This document shows positions 46,113 through 53,219 of a DNA stretch of 55,902 bases, piece after piece. Within the stretch, counting starts at the first letter, position 1; each line of letters starts with the position of its first letter. A model generated the notes under the pieces. The model ran no database searches and was not told the DNA's origin. It worked only from the letters and a program-made list of their open reading frames with translations. The position numbers were made by a program, and so were the translations under genes. This DNA is from a virus (Duplodnaviria > Caudoviricetes): the IMG/VR virus record IMGVR_UViG_3300017699_000061, positions 1 to 55,902 of that record. One strand, given 5' to 3'.

Positions 46113-46312
46113 AGTTTGTTCTCCGGTTCGGAATAGACCCACATGCCATTGACTTGGTCATTGGCGACGATGACGACCCATCGGCGATATCGAGTGCGTC
46201 GGTAGAAGAAACGAAGATACCAAGGTGTGGTTTCCCACGCCTTGGCCTTGATCACTATCTCTGCCACGGGCTTTGGTGGCGGACCCCCGCCCTCTGGGGG
46301 TTTACTTGGCAT
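46109..46312 (-). CDS. Hypothetical protein
   Basis: Likely start MPSKPP after SD AAGGA. Confidence 0.5.
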   Translation of the reverse strand: MPSKPPEGGGPPPKPVAEIVIKAKAWETTPWYLRFFYRRTRYRRWVVIVANDQVNGMWVYSEPENKL

Positions 46313-46529
46313 TTGGAGTCCTTGTAGCACGAAGATTTGCTACCAACGGTGTAATCTCTAGATGCGGGTTAAGCCACCAAGCACATTCATACCTAAGATT
46401 AGACTCAGACCAGCAATAAATAATCCCATTCTGACGACAAAAATCAGCTCCACTTGAGCCATCACTTGGTAGAATACCACCTTTGTCAAGTTCTTCATAA
46501 GGCTCGTTGATTTTCATTACATCAGACAT
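46302..46529 (-). CDS. Hypothetical protein
   Basis: Start re-called at MSDVMK after SD AGGAG. Confidence 0.55.
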   Translation of the reverse strand: MSDVMKINEPYEELDKGGILPSDGSSGADFCRQNGIIYCWSESNLRYECAWWLNPHLEITPLVANLRATRTPNAK

Positions 46530-46911
46530 AATAAGTCTCCTAGTTTCCCACATGACTGCCCAAATCGCGCCACCTCCTGGGATGGATCTTGGGATTGGGC
46601 AGGGTATGTAGGAACATACCATTAAATGCTGTCTACAGCTATGAAGCCATCACAACGGCCTGGTTATCCAGGATTTAACGTCGGGGCGATGAGGCGAGTG
46701 ATGCTCTGAAGGTCGGATCACTGAGTCCTCTATAGTCCGACCTATTCGGACTTCCATGTCATGCACCTGTTCCTTTCAGGCTCGAGTTCTGGATTGTGTG
46801 TTCAATGGATTGATCCCAATCCCAGTTGGGGCTTTGCTCCAACTACGCCTGTCTACAGATCCATGTCATGGGCGGAATTCCTTCCGGTTCGGCGAGCCCG
46901 TGGACAGCAGT
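46530..46911 (-). ncRNA. Large structured RNA/leader with embedded SD-led minigenes
   Basis: Long-range pairings 46857-46864 with 46582-46589 and 46815-46824 with 46590-46599; several local hairpins; two AAGGAA-N7/8-ATGACATGG minigenes. Confidence 0.55.
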
Positions 46912-47181
46912 TTACGTCAGCTGCTTTTGACGACCCGACAGGGCGTTGACCAACGCCGTGCCGGCAAGATCCGACGCAATCTGACGTTCGCGCCGAATAT
47001 CCGCTGCAACTTCCGACGGCGTCATGATGTGGTCCATCGACTGAGCGACGACCTTGACACCGGCGACAGAGCAGGTTTGAGCGAAGGCGGTGCAGTCGGC
47101 CTGGGTCTCGAACAAGAAGCTCTTGCACTGGACCATCAGATCCGTTGGGAACTCAACTGTCACCTTGTAAATGGTCTTCAT
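46912..47181 (-). CDS. Hypothetical early protein
   Basis: First gene after the promoter at 47215-47243. Confidence 0.7.
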   Translation of the reverse strand: MKTIYKVTVEFPTDLMVQCKSFLFETQADCTAFAQTCSVAGVKVVAQSMDHIMTPSEVAADIRRERQIASDLAGTALVNALSGRQKQLT

Positions 47182-47214
47182 TCTCAGTCTTTCTCTCTGG
47201 TATGCCGCTTGATT

Positions 47215-47243
47215 ATAGTAGCCTTAATTTGGCGCCTCGTACA
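47215..47243 (-). promoter_or_regulatory. Phage promoter
   Basis: TGTACG-N17-TACTAT (overlapping TATAAT). Confidence 0.7.
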
Positions 47244-47263
47244 CGTGAGAATGTGCCGAGTTA

Positions 47264-47605
47264 TTAGCCGACGTAGCCGGGCAACCGCTTGTAGTAGACG
47301 TGATAGACCAAGCCGTTGATGTCAGTGTCTGTGGACAGGTATTTCATACCAGTGGCAGTATCAGGCGAGTCGAACGGAACGCCCGTGAAGTAAGTCACGA
47401 ATTCGTGATAGCGAAGCTTGATGTTGTTGGGATCGATTTCTGCCCAAACCACGAGATTTCTACCTCCATCCTGGAATTTTGCAGTCAGGATCTTGGCTTC
47501 AGCATCCATGGCAATCTTGGTCGAGGCCTCGTGACTGAAGATATTGATCTGATACTTGTAGATGATCTTCTTCTTGACAGGGCGATCAGTCACTGAATTT
47601 GTCAT
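47264..47605 (-). CDS. Conserved hypothetical phage protein
   Basis: IYKY...A.IL....Q.....WA..DP....TG......YL.T.....V.HVY pattern. Confidence 0.7.
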   Translation of the reverse strand: MTNSVTDRPVKKKIIYKYQINIFSHEASTKIAMDAEAKILTAKFQDGGRNLVVWAEIDPNNIKLRYHEFVTYFTGVPFDSPDTATGMKYLSTDTDINGLVYHVYYKRLPGYVG

Positions 47606-47915
47606 TGAATTTCTCCACTAGTTGTTGAAGCCTGCGTTTCTCGGCTTCAAGGGGTGAATACCTGATATACTCTTCTTTGGTCATGCCGATCAAGGCGGCA
47701 ATGAAGTGGTTATAGATCGGCGTATTGATGATCACCATCGGGTCGCCGAAGTGATTGGTGTGGTATGCTACGTTAATGTCTAGCCGTTTCTTTTTACCAA
47801 GATATACGAAGGCTTTCTTCTGGGTTTTGACATAAGAGTGAAGAACTTTAACAGCATAGCTAGGATTACCTGTCTCGTAAATCACTCTCAACTTTGTGTC
47901 TCTGACGAGATACAT
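47586..47915 (-). CDS. Hypothetical protein
   Basis: 109-aa ORF, lower GC. Confidence 0.55.
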   Translation of the reverse strand: MYLVRDTKLRVIYETGNPSYAVKVLHSYVKTQKKAFVYLGKKKRLDINVAYHTNHFGDPMVIINTPIYNHFIAALIGMTKEEYIRYSPLEAEKRRLQQLVEKFNDKFSD

Positions 47916-47994
47916 TACGGATAAACCGGCGTTATATGGCCTAAGGGAAATTACCGGTAGAATTAAGGACGATGCCTAGAATTGACACAGGTAA

Positions 47995-48198
47995 TCATCT
48001 AGGATTACTGATTAGGTCCAATATCCTCATTTGTAAAGTGCTCATATACGCCTCCATATGAGACAGTTGCTGCACTAACAATGTCCCTTGTAAGGCTGAT
48101 AAGGGCACAGGAAGATGTATGATGAACTCTTTAAGTTTTAAGATCTTCTCACCCAGCTCATCGCGTTCCTTGAGTAGACGTTCTTCAAAAGCTTTCAT
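47995..48198 (-). CDS. crAss001_48-like helical hairpin (Sequestin-like anti-Thoeris sponge candidate)
   Basis: R...E.DEL..KI.KL..F.......LL..Q...M..Y...L..RI pattern. Confidence 0.65.
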   Translation of the reverse strand: MKAFEERLLKERDELGEKILKLKEFIIHLPVPLSALQGTLLVQQLSHMEAYMSTLQMRILDLISNPR

Positions 48199-48596
48199 GA
48201 GGATTTTCCTATCAGGTCGAACTCGGGATCATCATCCTCGAGGCTGTCGGGGACTTCTTCGTCGTGAGATCCAACCAAGGCGCCGACTTCTTCAACCAGC
48301 TTGACGCTCATGGTCTTGATGTTGTAGTCGATGGTGGTGACGAATTCCTGGCGCTTTATGCCAAGCTTCCACGTGATCACTGTGCGAAGGGTCCACACGT
48401 CGTTGGACATGTGGTAGACAGTGACGTCCGTGAAGAACATGTCTTGGATGAATTCGCTTGGATCTCGGGACAGTGGGTATAGAAGCGCTTTGACTTCATC
48501 CGCACTGTTGATGACCTTGCCGTTGAGTATCATTTCCAAGAGACGACCAAGGCGCCGCTGTGAGGCGTTGATGGTGGCTTGAGAGTAGTTGGCCAT
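48195..48596 (-). CDS. Hypothetical protein, acidic tail
   Basis: 133-aa ORF, coupled. Confidence 0.65.
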   Translation of the reverse strand: MANYSQATINASQRRLGRLLEMILNGKVINSADEVKALLYPLSRDPSEFIQDMFFTDVTVYHMSNDVWTLRTVITWKLGIKRQEFVTTIDYNIKTMSVKLVEEVGALVGSHDEEVPDSLEDDDPEFDLIGKSS

Positions 48597-48598
48597 GG

Positions 48599-49348
48599 TT
48601 ACATTCCCGAGGTTACGTCATAGAAGGTGACTTGCTGCCGGCGGTAGGGCATGAGGAGCCAGGAGATCGAGATGCGGACTCGGTTCTTTTCGTCGTATAC
48701 AGTCGAGATCTGAGTGATCTTGATGCGTCTGACCAGCTTCTCGATGTGAGGCTTCACGATTGTCACGGCCAGGCGCACGGCTGTGGATCTGGTGTCCCGG
48801 GTTCTGTGGGCCAGTTCAGATGGGGTTGTGTGCGTGAAGAGCAGCTTCAAGCATGAGATGAGCAACTGCTCTTTGTTCGCGGCGTCCTGTTCGATTGGAG
48901 AGCGCAGCTCGACGTTTTTGAGGCGAAGCGTTGAAGTTGCTTCTTCGGGCTTTAACTGCCCAGCCGCGATCCTTTTTGCTTCGAATACGGCTGTTACTTT
49001 ATCGCGCTTGTATTTTGCATGTAGGATCTGGAAGCAGAGAGCGGCGTAGCCGTTAGTATCGAGTGTGACTCTTCGTTCATGCATCTTGACGAGTCGTTTG
49101 GCTTCTAGAGCCTTGATCGACTTGGTATGGGTATCAAGTTCCGCGATGTAGGGTCCTTGGTTGTGCCACTTCTCATACTTGTAGATTTTGCCCAGGATCA
49201 TGTGCTGAGCCTGGCTTACCTTGAGGTATTCGGGCACTCGAGTGATGCGGTCTTCCTTGTGGAAGATCATCAGATTTGGCAGGTCCATGAACTCTTCATC
49301 GAAGAGATGCTTCGGTTCCATGAGTTTTATTTTGTTATTTTGTAACAA
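48599..49348 (-). CDS. Hypothetical protein (start uncertain)
   Basis: 249-aa ORF downstream of the promoter at 49393-49421. Confidence 0.65.
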   Translation of the reverse strand: MLQNNKIKLMEPKHLFDEEFMDLPNLMIFHKEDRITRVPEYLKVSQAQHMILGKIYKYEKWHNQGPYIAELDTHTKSIKALEAKRLVKMHERRVTLDTNGYAALCFQILHAKYKRDKVTAVFEAKRIAAGQLKPEEATSTLRLKNVELRSPIEQDAANKEQLLISCLKLLFTHTTPSELAHRTRDTRSTAVRLAVTIVKPHIEKLVRRIKITQISTVYDEKNRVRISISWLLMPYRRQQVTFYDVTSGM

Positions 49349-49392
49349 AAGTCACCTATATTTACTTTGATCAGAATTTTAATCCTTTTTAC

Positions 49393-49421
49393 ACTCTAAA
49401 CCTATCATGAGCAGATGTAAA
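49393..49421 (-). promoter_or_regulatory. Phage promoter
   Basis: TTTACA-N17-TAGAGT. Confidence 0.6.
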
Positions 49422-49871
49422 CTGTTAATATGTGCCATGTTATTGTTGAAATGTAACAATATTGAATGACATCTAAAATGACTCGAAACGTATAATATAC
49501 AGGATCACTTTTGCTGTGTTTGATATTATTGATCTTTTGAAAAAGTATACTGTATAGAATTCAATAAATTTACTAGACCATGTATTTGATTTTATTATGC
49601 TATTTAATTGGGAAACCAAGCAGTATATTGTAGTTTCAAGAATTTGACAAATATTCCCTATAGGGATATTCTATAGTGACATACTTGGATTACTTTATTC
49701 AAACACTCATGGACTATAGACTTTGTGTCATTATCCTATATAATCTATTATACTATTAAAATAGTTATTATATTATAAGTACTTAGAGTATAATAGGAGT
49801 GTATAATAAATTCTAGTCCATTAGGGATCACCACCCGAAGAGACCGAAAAATGGCTCACTTTTCAAAAAGA

Positions 49872-49902
49872 ATTGTACATCTGAATATCAATAATGTACA
49901 GT
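49872..49902. promoter_or_regulatory. Fully overlapping bidirectional promoter
   Basis: (+) TGTACA-N17-TACAGT and (-) TGTACA-N17-TACAAT formed by two TGTACA palindromes 15 bp apart. Confidence 0.65.
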
Positions 49903-49948
49903 AAATCTCTTAGACCACCATGGTCTTCGAGTCCCAAAGGAGCCACCA

Positions 49949-50245
49949 ATGCTCAGGATCCCCGGCGCCAACAGCGCGGTCGTGAAGTGCGCTGACAACG
50001 GCGCAGGATACGCAGATGCTCTCGTCATTGGCGAAAACTATCACGTCATCTCGGTAGATATCGACAGCACGGGCCAAGCGTATCTTGACGTCAGCAAGGA
50101 TGGCAAAATCGTCAACGGTTGTCGAGCCGACCGTTTCGTCAACCTGGAACCAGTCAAGGGAGTTTTCGAGATACAGGATCCGTGGTCGCAGCCGGCGAGA
50201 AACTCGTCGCCTCGGCATTTCAGGTGGCTGAGTCAGAGAGGTTAA
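49949..50245 (+). CDS. Hypothetical protein
   Basis: SD AAGGAG, downstream of the rightward promoter. Confidence 0.65.
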   Translation: MLRIPGANSAVVKCADNGAGYADALVIGENYHVISVDIDSTGQAYLDVSKDGKIVNGCRADRFVNLEPVKGVFEIQDPWSQPARNSSPRHFRWLSQRG

Positions 50246-50610
50246 AGAACAGCCGATCACCGGCTAAGATGAGCACAGCGTGGCCAGAGATCCTGTTCTC
50301 ACTCTATGACAAGGTAGGTATGACGGCCGACAGGCATCGCCCGACCTTCAATGCCAAGCAGGTGACAGAGGCTCAGCTCGTTGTCGATATCTTCTCTCAG
50401 CTGGAATACCCATCACTACATAAGAAAATAGCGCTGCACCGAGCTCGTACCAAGGAGACTTGGAAGAAGCTCAGTGAGCGCTTTGGGTACAGCTGGGCAG
50501 TCTGTCGTCAGATCAGCGACGAGATTGTTGTGCATCTCGTGATTGAGGTACAGCGAAAAGGAGTGGTAACTCCGGTGCGGACACCGGAGCTTCACGCTAA
50601 TGAGTTTTAG
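50182..50610 (+). CDS. DUF6362-like HTH protein, candidate late-transcription regulator
   Basis: S.AWPE....RP.....Q...A......RA....W......G.S pattern; start uncertain. Confidence 0.55.
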   Translation: MVAAGEKLVASAFQVAESERLKNSRSPAKMSTAWPEILFSLYDKVGMTADRHRPTFNAKQVTEAQLVVDIFSQLEYPSLHKKIALHRARTKETWKKLSERFGYSWAVCRQISDEIVVHLVIEVQRKGVVTPVRTPELHANEF

Positions 50611-50615
50611 CCGCC

Positions 50616-50882
50616 TCAAAATGAGGCGACCGGAGGGAGACCTTTGTTCTTGCGCTGCAGGTTCCGAAGGGCAAGACCCATGTCATTGCAGTGCATGCAA
50701 CGAACTTCAAAAGCGGCGGCGCGGAATTCTTCAGGCCCAACGATCTCAGAGGACATGAAGCGGTAGGTGGCGCGGTCGTTCTTGCGGAACATGCCGTTGC
50801 CGATGGACTTGGTGGCGCAGATGGCGACCATAGACTCGGTGGTCTCGGTGATCTTGTTGCGACGCAGGTGAAGCTTGGCCAT
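50616..50882 (-). CDS. Small Cys-containing early protein
   Basis: SD ACGGAG; own promoter; C..C motif. Confidence 0.7.
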   Translation of the reverse strand: MAKLHLRRNKITETTESMVAICATKSIGNGMFRKNDRATYRFMSSEIVGPEEFRAAAFEVRCMHCNDMGLALRNLQRKNKGLPPVASF

Positions 50883-50908
50883 GATGTATCTCCGTAGTTG
50901 ATACAGAT

Positions 50909-50937
50909 ACTATAGCCCACGCAGCAAGGCTTGTACA
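50909..50937 (-). promoter_or_regulatory. Phage promoter
   Basis: TGTACA-N17-TATAGT; upstream AAAATAATTGCACAA element at 50954-50968. Confidence 0.8.
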
Positions 50938-50975
50938 CCCTGCTGCGCTAAAATTGTGCAATTATTTTTGGCAGA

Positions 50976-51233
50976 TTAGGCGCGCTTGCCAGAGTGAAAG
51001 TGCACTGACACAGACTTCTTGCCAACCGCTGCACGCTCAATCTTGCCAGTGTCCAGGAGCCATGCGGCGGTGCCCTTCATGCACATACCAATCATGGCTT
51101 TGTTGCTGTCGGATGTCACCTTAGTGACAGTCCAGCCAATCTTCAACATCTTCTCGAGAGTCTCGAGCTGGACTTTGGTCGAGCGAGACTTGGCGTGAGC
51201 TTGAAGTTCGGGCTGGGTCATGTAGGTGGTCAT
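50976..51233 (-). CDS. Small basic early protein
   Basis: Start re-called at MTTYMT after SD GGAG; own promoter. Confidence 0.7.
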   Translation of the reverse strand: MTTYMTQPELQAHAKSRSTKVQLETLEKMLKIGWTVTKVTSDSNKAMIGMCMKGTAAWLLDTGKIERAAVGKKSVSVHFHSGKRA

Positions 51234-51261
51234 GATCAATCTCCATTCATTCGATAGATAG

Positions 51262-51290
51262 ATCATAGTGCAACAGCCCAGGCGTGTACA
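51262..51290 (-). promoter_or_regulatory. Phage promoter
   Basis: TGTACA-N17-TATGAT; upstream AAAATAATTGCACAA element at 51307-51321. Confidence 0.8.
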
Positions 51291-51324
51291 CCCAGGCTGC
51301 GCATTTTTGTGCAATTATTTTGGT

Positions 51325-51561
51325 TCAGGCGTAAGGATCGAAGACGATATCCTCACCATCCCAGACTCGTCCATTGTACGAGACGCGGAGCTTCTTGCGA
51401 CCGTCGACGATCTTGCCATCGCGGAAGGTGGATGCACCTTCGCCGGACATGTCGCTCATCTCGAGATAGAACTTGCTGGCTTCAGCAAGGCTGGCGAAAT
51501 CCTTGACGATGCCAGGCATGTACTTGGAGCGCGGTATGGTGAGCTGGATGGTCATGATCAC
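51325..51561 (-). CDS. Small early protein with SYNGRVW motif
   Basis: L.EAS......SG.GAS.F..G.......VSYNGRVW conserved phage pattern. Confidence 0.7.
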   Translation of the reverse strand: MIMTIQLTIPRSKYMPGIVKDFASLAEASKFYLEMSDMSGEGASTFRDGKIVDGRKKLRVSYNGRVWDGEDIVFDPYA

Positions 51562-51719
51562 TTTCCCTGATTTGCTTCGATGGCGGCGTCGATCACATGA
51601 TCAACGGCTTCCTGAAGAGACATCTGAAACGGAGCTGATTTACGCAGCTTCTTCGCACGCTTCATGATCTCTTCGTTCGAGATCCCAGTACGAGCAGCAT
51701 GGTTCATGTGAATGGTCAT
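51558..51719 (-). CDS. Small early protein
   Basis: SD ACGGAG; own promoter. Confidence 0.65.
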   Translation of the reverse strand: MTIHMNHAARTGISNEEIMKRAKKLRKSAPFQMSLQEAVDHVIDAAIEANQGK

Positions 51720-51745
51720 GATCAATCTCCGTAGTTGATATAAAG

Positions 51746-51774
51746 ATCCTACGGCGGATCTCAGATCATGTACA
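51746..51774 (-). promoter_or_regulatory. Phage promoter
   Basis: TGTACA-N17-TAGGAT. Confidence 0.78.
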
Positions 51775-51868
51775 CTACAAAATGATGCCAAGCCAAAATC
51801 ATTTCAGTGTACATGGCATTCAATCCGGGGTACGCGCGCGGGCGCACGCCCGGATCTATAAAGAGACG

Positions 51869-52117
51869 TCAGTCTGTGGACTCGTTGAGGGCTTCCATCA
51901 GCTTCTGACGGACAGCTACAGCCTCCGCCTCAGTTTCATAGTGGGCGCGTAGGATGGTCTCAGGATGATACATCTGAAGATCAAATCCCCAACGCATTCC
52001 AAGAGACTTGAAATCGGGATTTCCCGAGTATTCTTCTCGATTTGAAAGGTCACCAACGAGAGTGACATGGGCAAGTCGAAAATCCCAGTGCATGAGACGA
52101 AAGAAACGACCAGACAT
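51869..52117 (-). CDS. Hypothetical protein
   Basis: SD AGGAG; promoter TGTATC-N17-TAGAAT at 52150-52178. Confidence 0.65.
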   Translation of the reverse strand: MSGRFFRLMHWDFRLAHVTLVGDLSNREEYSGNPDFKSLGMRWGFDLQMYHPETILRAHYETEAEAVAVRQKLMEALNESTD

Positions 52118-52201
52118 AGCAAAACTCCTGTTGCTGTGATAACAGGATCATTCTACAACATGCTAGAAATGTGATACACAATTCGTTTGCCACAAGGCAC
52201 A

Positions 52202-52399
52202 TTATTCTTCAGGCTTGGCCACTTCACGGAAGAATATGTCCCACAAACCATGGAGACCGATGGCGATCAACGAGCCGCCAATAATGCAGCCGATATCCCA
52301 GAACCTATCATCAAGCGGATATGAGCTCATAATGATCACAGGCCCCGCGGCAAGTCCCACGATAGTCTTCGAGTGATCAGTCCACCATTGCCTTATCAT
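52202..52399 (-). CDS. Small 2-TM membrane protein, probably leaderless
   Basis: TGTACA-N18-TACCAT (52406-52435) ends 6 nt before the ATG; no SD. Confidence 0.55.
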   Translation of the reverse strand: MIRQWWTDHSKTIVGLAAGPVIIMSSYPLDDRFWDIGCIIGGSLIAIGLHGLWDIFFREVAKPEE

Positions 52400-52489
52400 C
52401 TATACATGGTAATACTTGATCTAATCTCATGTACATAGGTCATAGTATAGCCTGGCACAAATAAATATCAAAATGATCTTTAAGATCTA

Positions 52490-52518
52490 TTTACTTACCT
52501 TGGAAACCATACTAAGGT
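52490..52518 (+). promoter_or_regulatory. Promoter upstream of the terminase operon
   Basis: TTTACT-N17-TAAGGT. Confidence 0.55.
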
Positions 52519-52562
52519 AGATAAAATCACCCACATGTCTGAGATAGTTTGGAACTGAGCTG

Positions 52563-53219
52563 ATGGCTCTTCGTGAGCAAAGCCCCGAATTCGATGCTCT
52601 GTTGGAACAGGTCGAAGACCGGTATTCCGGCATGATTGCCGACTTCCTCGAGGAGCTCGACAAGCGCAGCATCCCCATCTCGGACTATGCCAAGATGACC
52701 GCACAACAGGTCAACTGGGGCATGAAGATCAAGTCATACATCGCCTACCTGATGAACGGCGAGTCGCTCCAGGAAGCGGCACTGAGAATTCAGGTTTCGA
52801 CAGGCACGATCAGTTCATACCGCAAGAACTTCAAGACGTTCAACGCGCTGGTCAGCGCCGCCTATGAGGATGGCTTCGCGCTCTTTGAGCGTGAGGCAAG
52901 GCGCCGTTCGGTTGATGGCGTCAGGACCTACGTGGTATCCGGTGGCAAGGTCGTGCTTGATCCTGCAACTGGAGAGCCACTGACTGAGCAGAAGTATTCC
53001 GACAGCCTGCTCATGTTCGTCATGAAGGGCCGCGACCCCGGGACATATCGTGAACGCTCAGACGTCAATCTCACCGGCCAGCTCAATCTCACAGGCGCTC
53101 GGGACACGCTTCTCGAGAAGCTTGCTCCAGTCCTTGGCGCGCTCCTACAAGACGACGAAGAACAGCCTGAAGAAATCGCAGATCAAGCATCTGCTGGAGA
53201 CGATCCAAAACCTGAATGA
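52563..53219 (+). CDS. terS: Terminase small subunit
   Basis: HTH-like segment, E.EA.RR..DG, KYSD.LL.F..KG..P..YRER; upstream of TerL. Confidence 0.82.
   Translation: MALREQSPEFDALLEQVEDRYSGMIADFLEELDKRSIPISDYAKMTAQQVNWGMKIKSYIAYLMNGESLQEAALRIQVSTGTISSYRKNFKTFNALVSAAYEDGFALFEREARRRSVDGVRTYVVSGGKVVLDPATGEPLTEQKYSDSLLMFVMKGRDPGTYRERSDVNLTGQLNLTGARDTLLEKLAPVLGALLQDDEEQPEEIADQASAGDDPKPE

Larger units (their letters stand above)
49349..49910. other. AT-rich non-coding region (candidate replication origin or control region)
   Basis: Visibly far more AT-rich than the rest; no ORF of 60 aa or more; short palindromes such as TCCCTATAGGGA. Confidence 0.55.

Noticed and set aside
46530-46911. tmRNA or tRNA identity for the structured element
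   Set aside because: No acceptor stem with CCA end, T-loop or tag reading frame found
48195-49348. Possible paralogy of the two adjacent ORFs (I.W.L..RQ)
   Set aside because: Similarity too short to support without a profile alignment
51807-51856. Extra TGTACA box and GC-rich inverted repeat (ATCCGGG..CCCGGAT) as promoter or pac site
   Set aside because: No matching -10 at 17 bp on either strand; the hairpin may be a terminator for gene 51869 but nothing supports a packaging role
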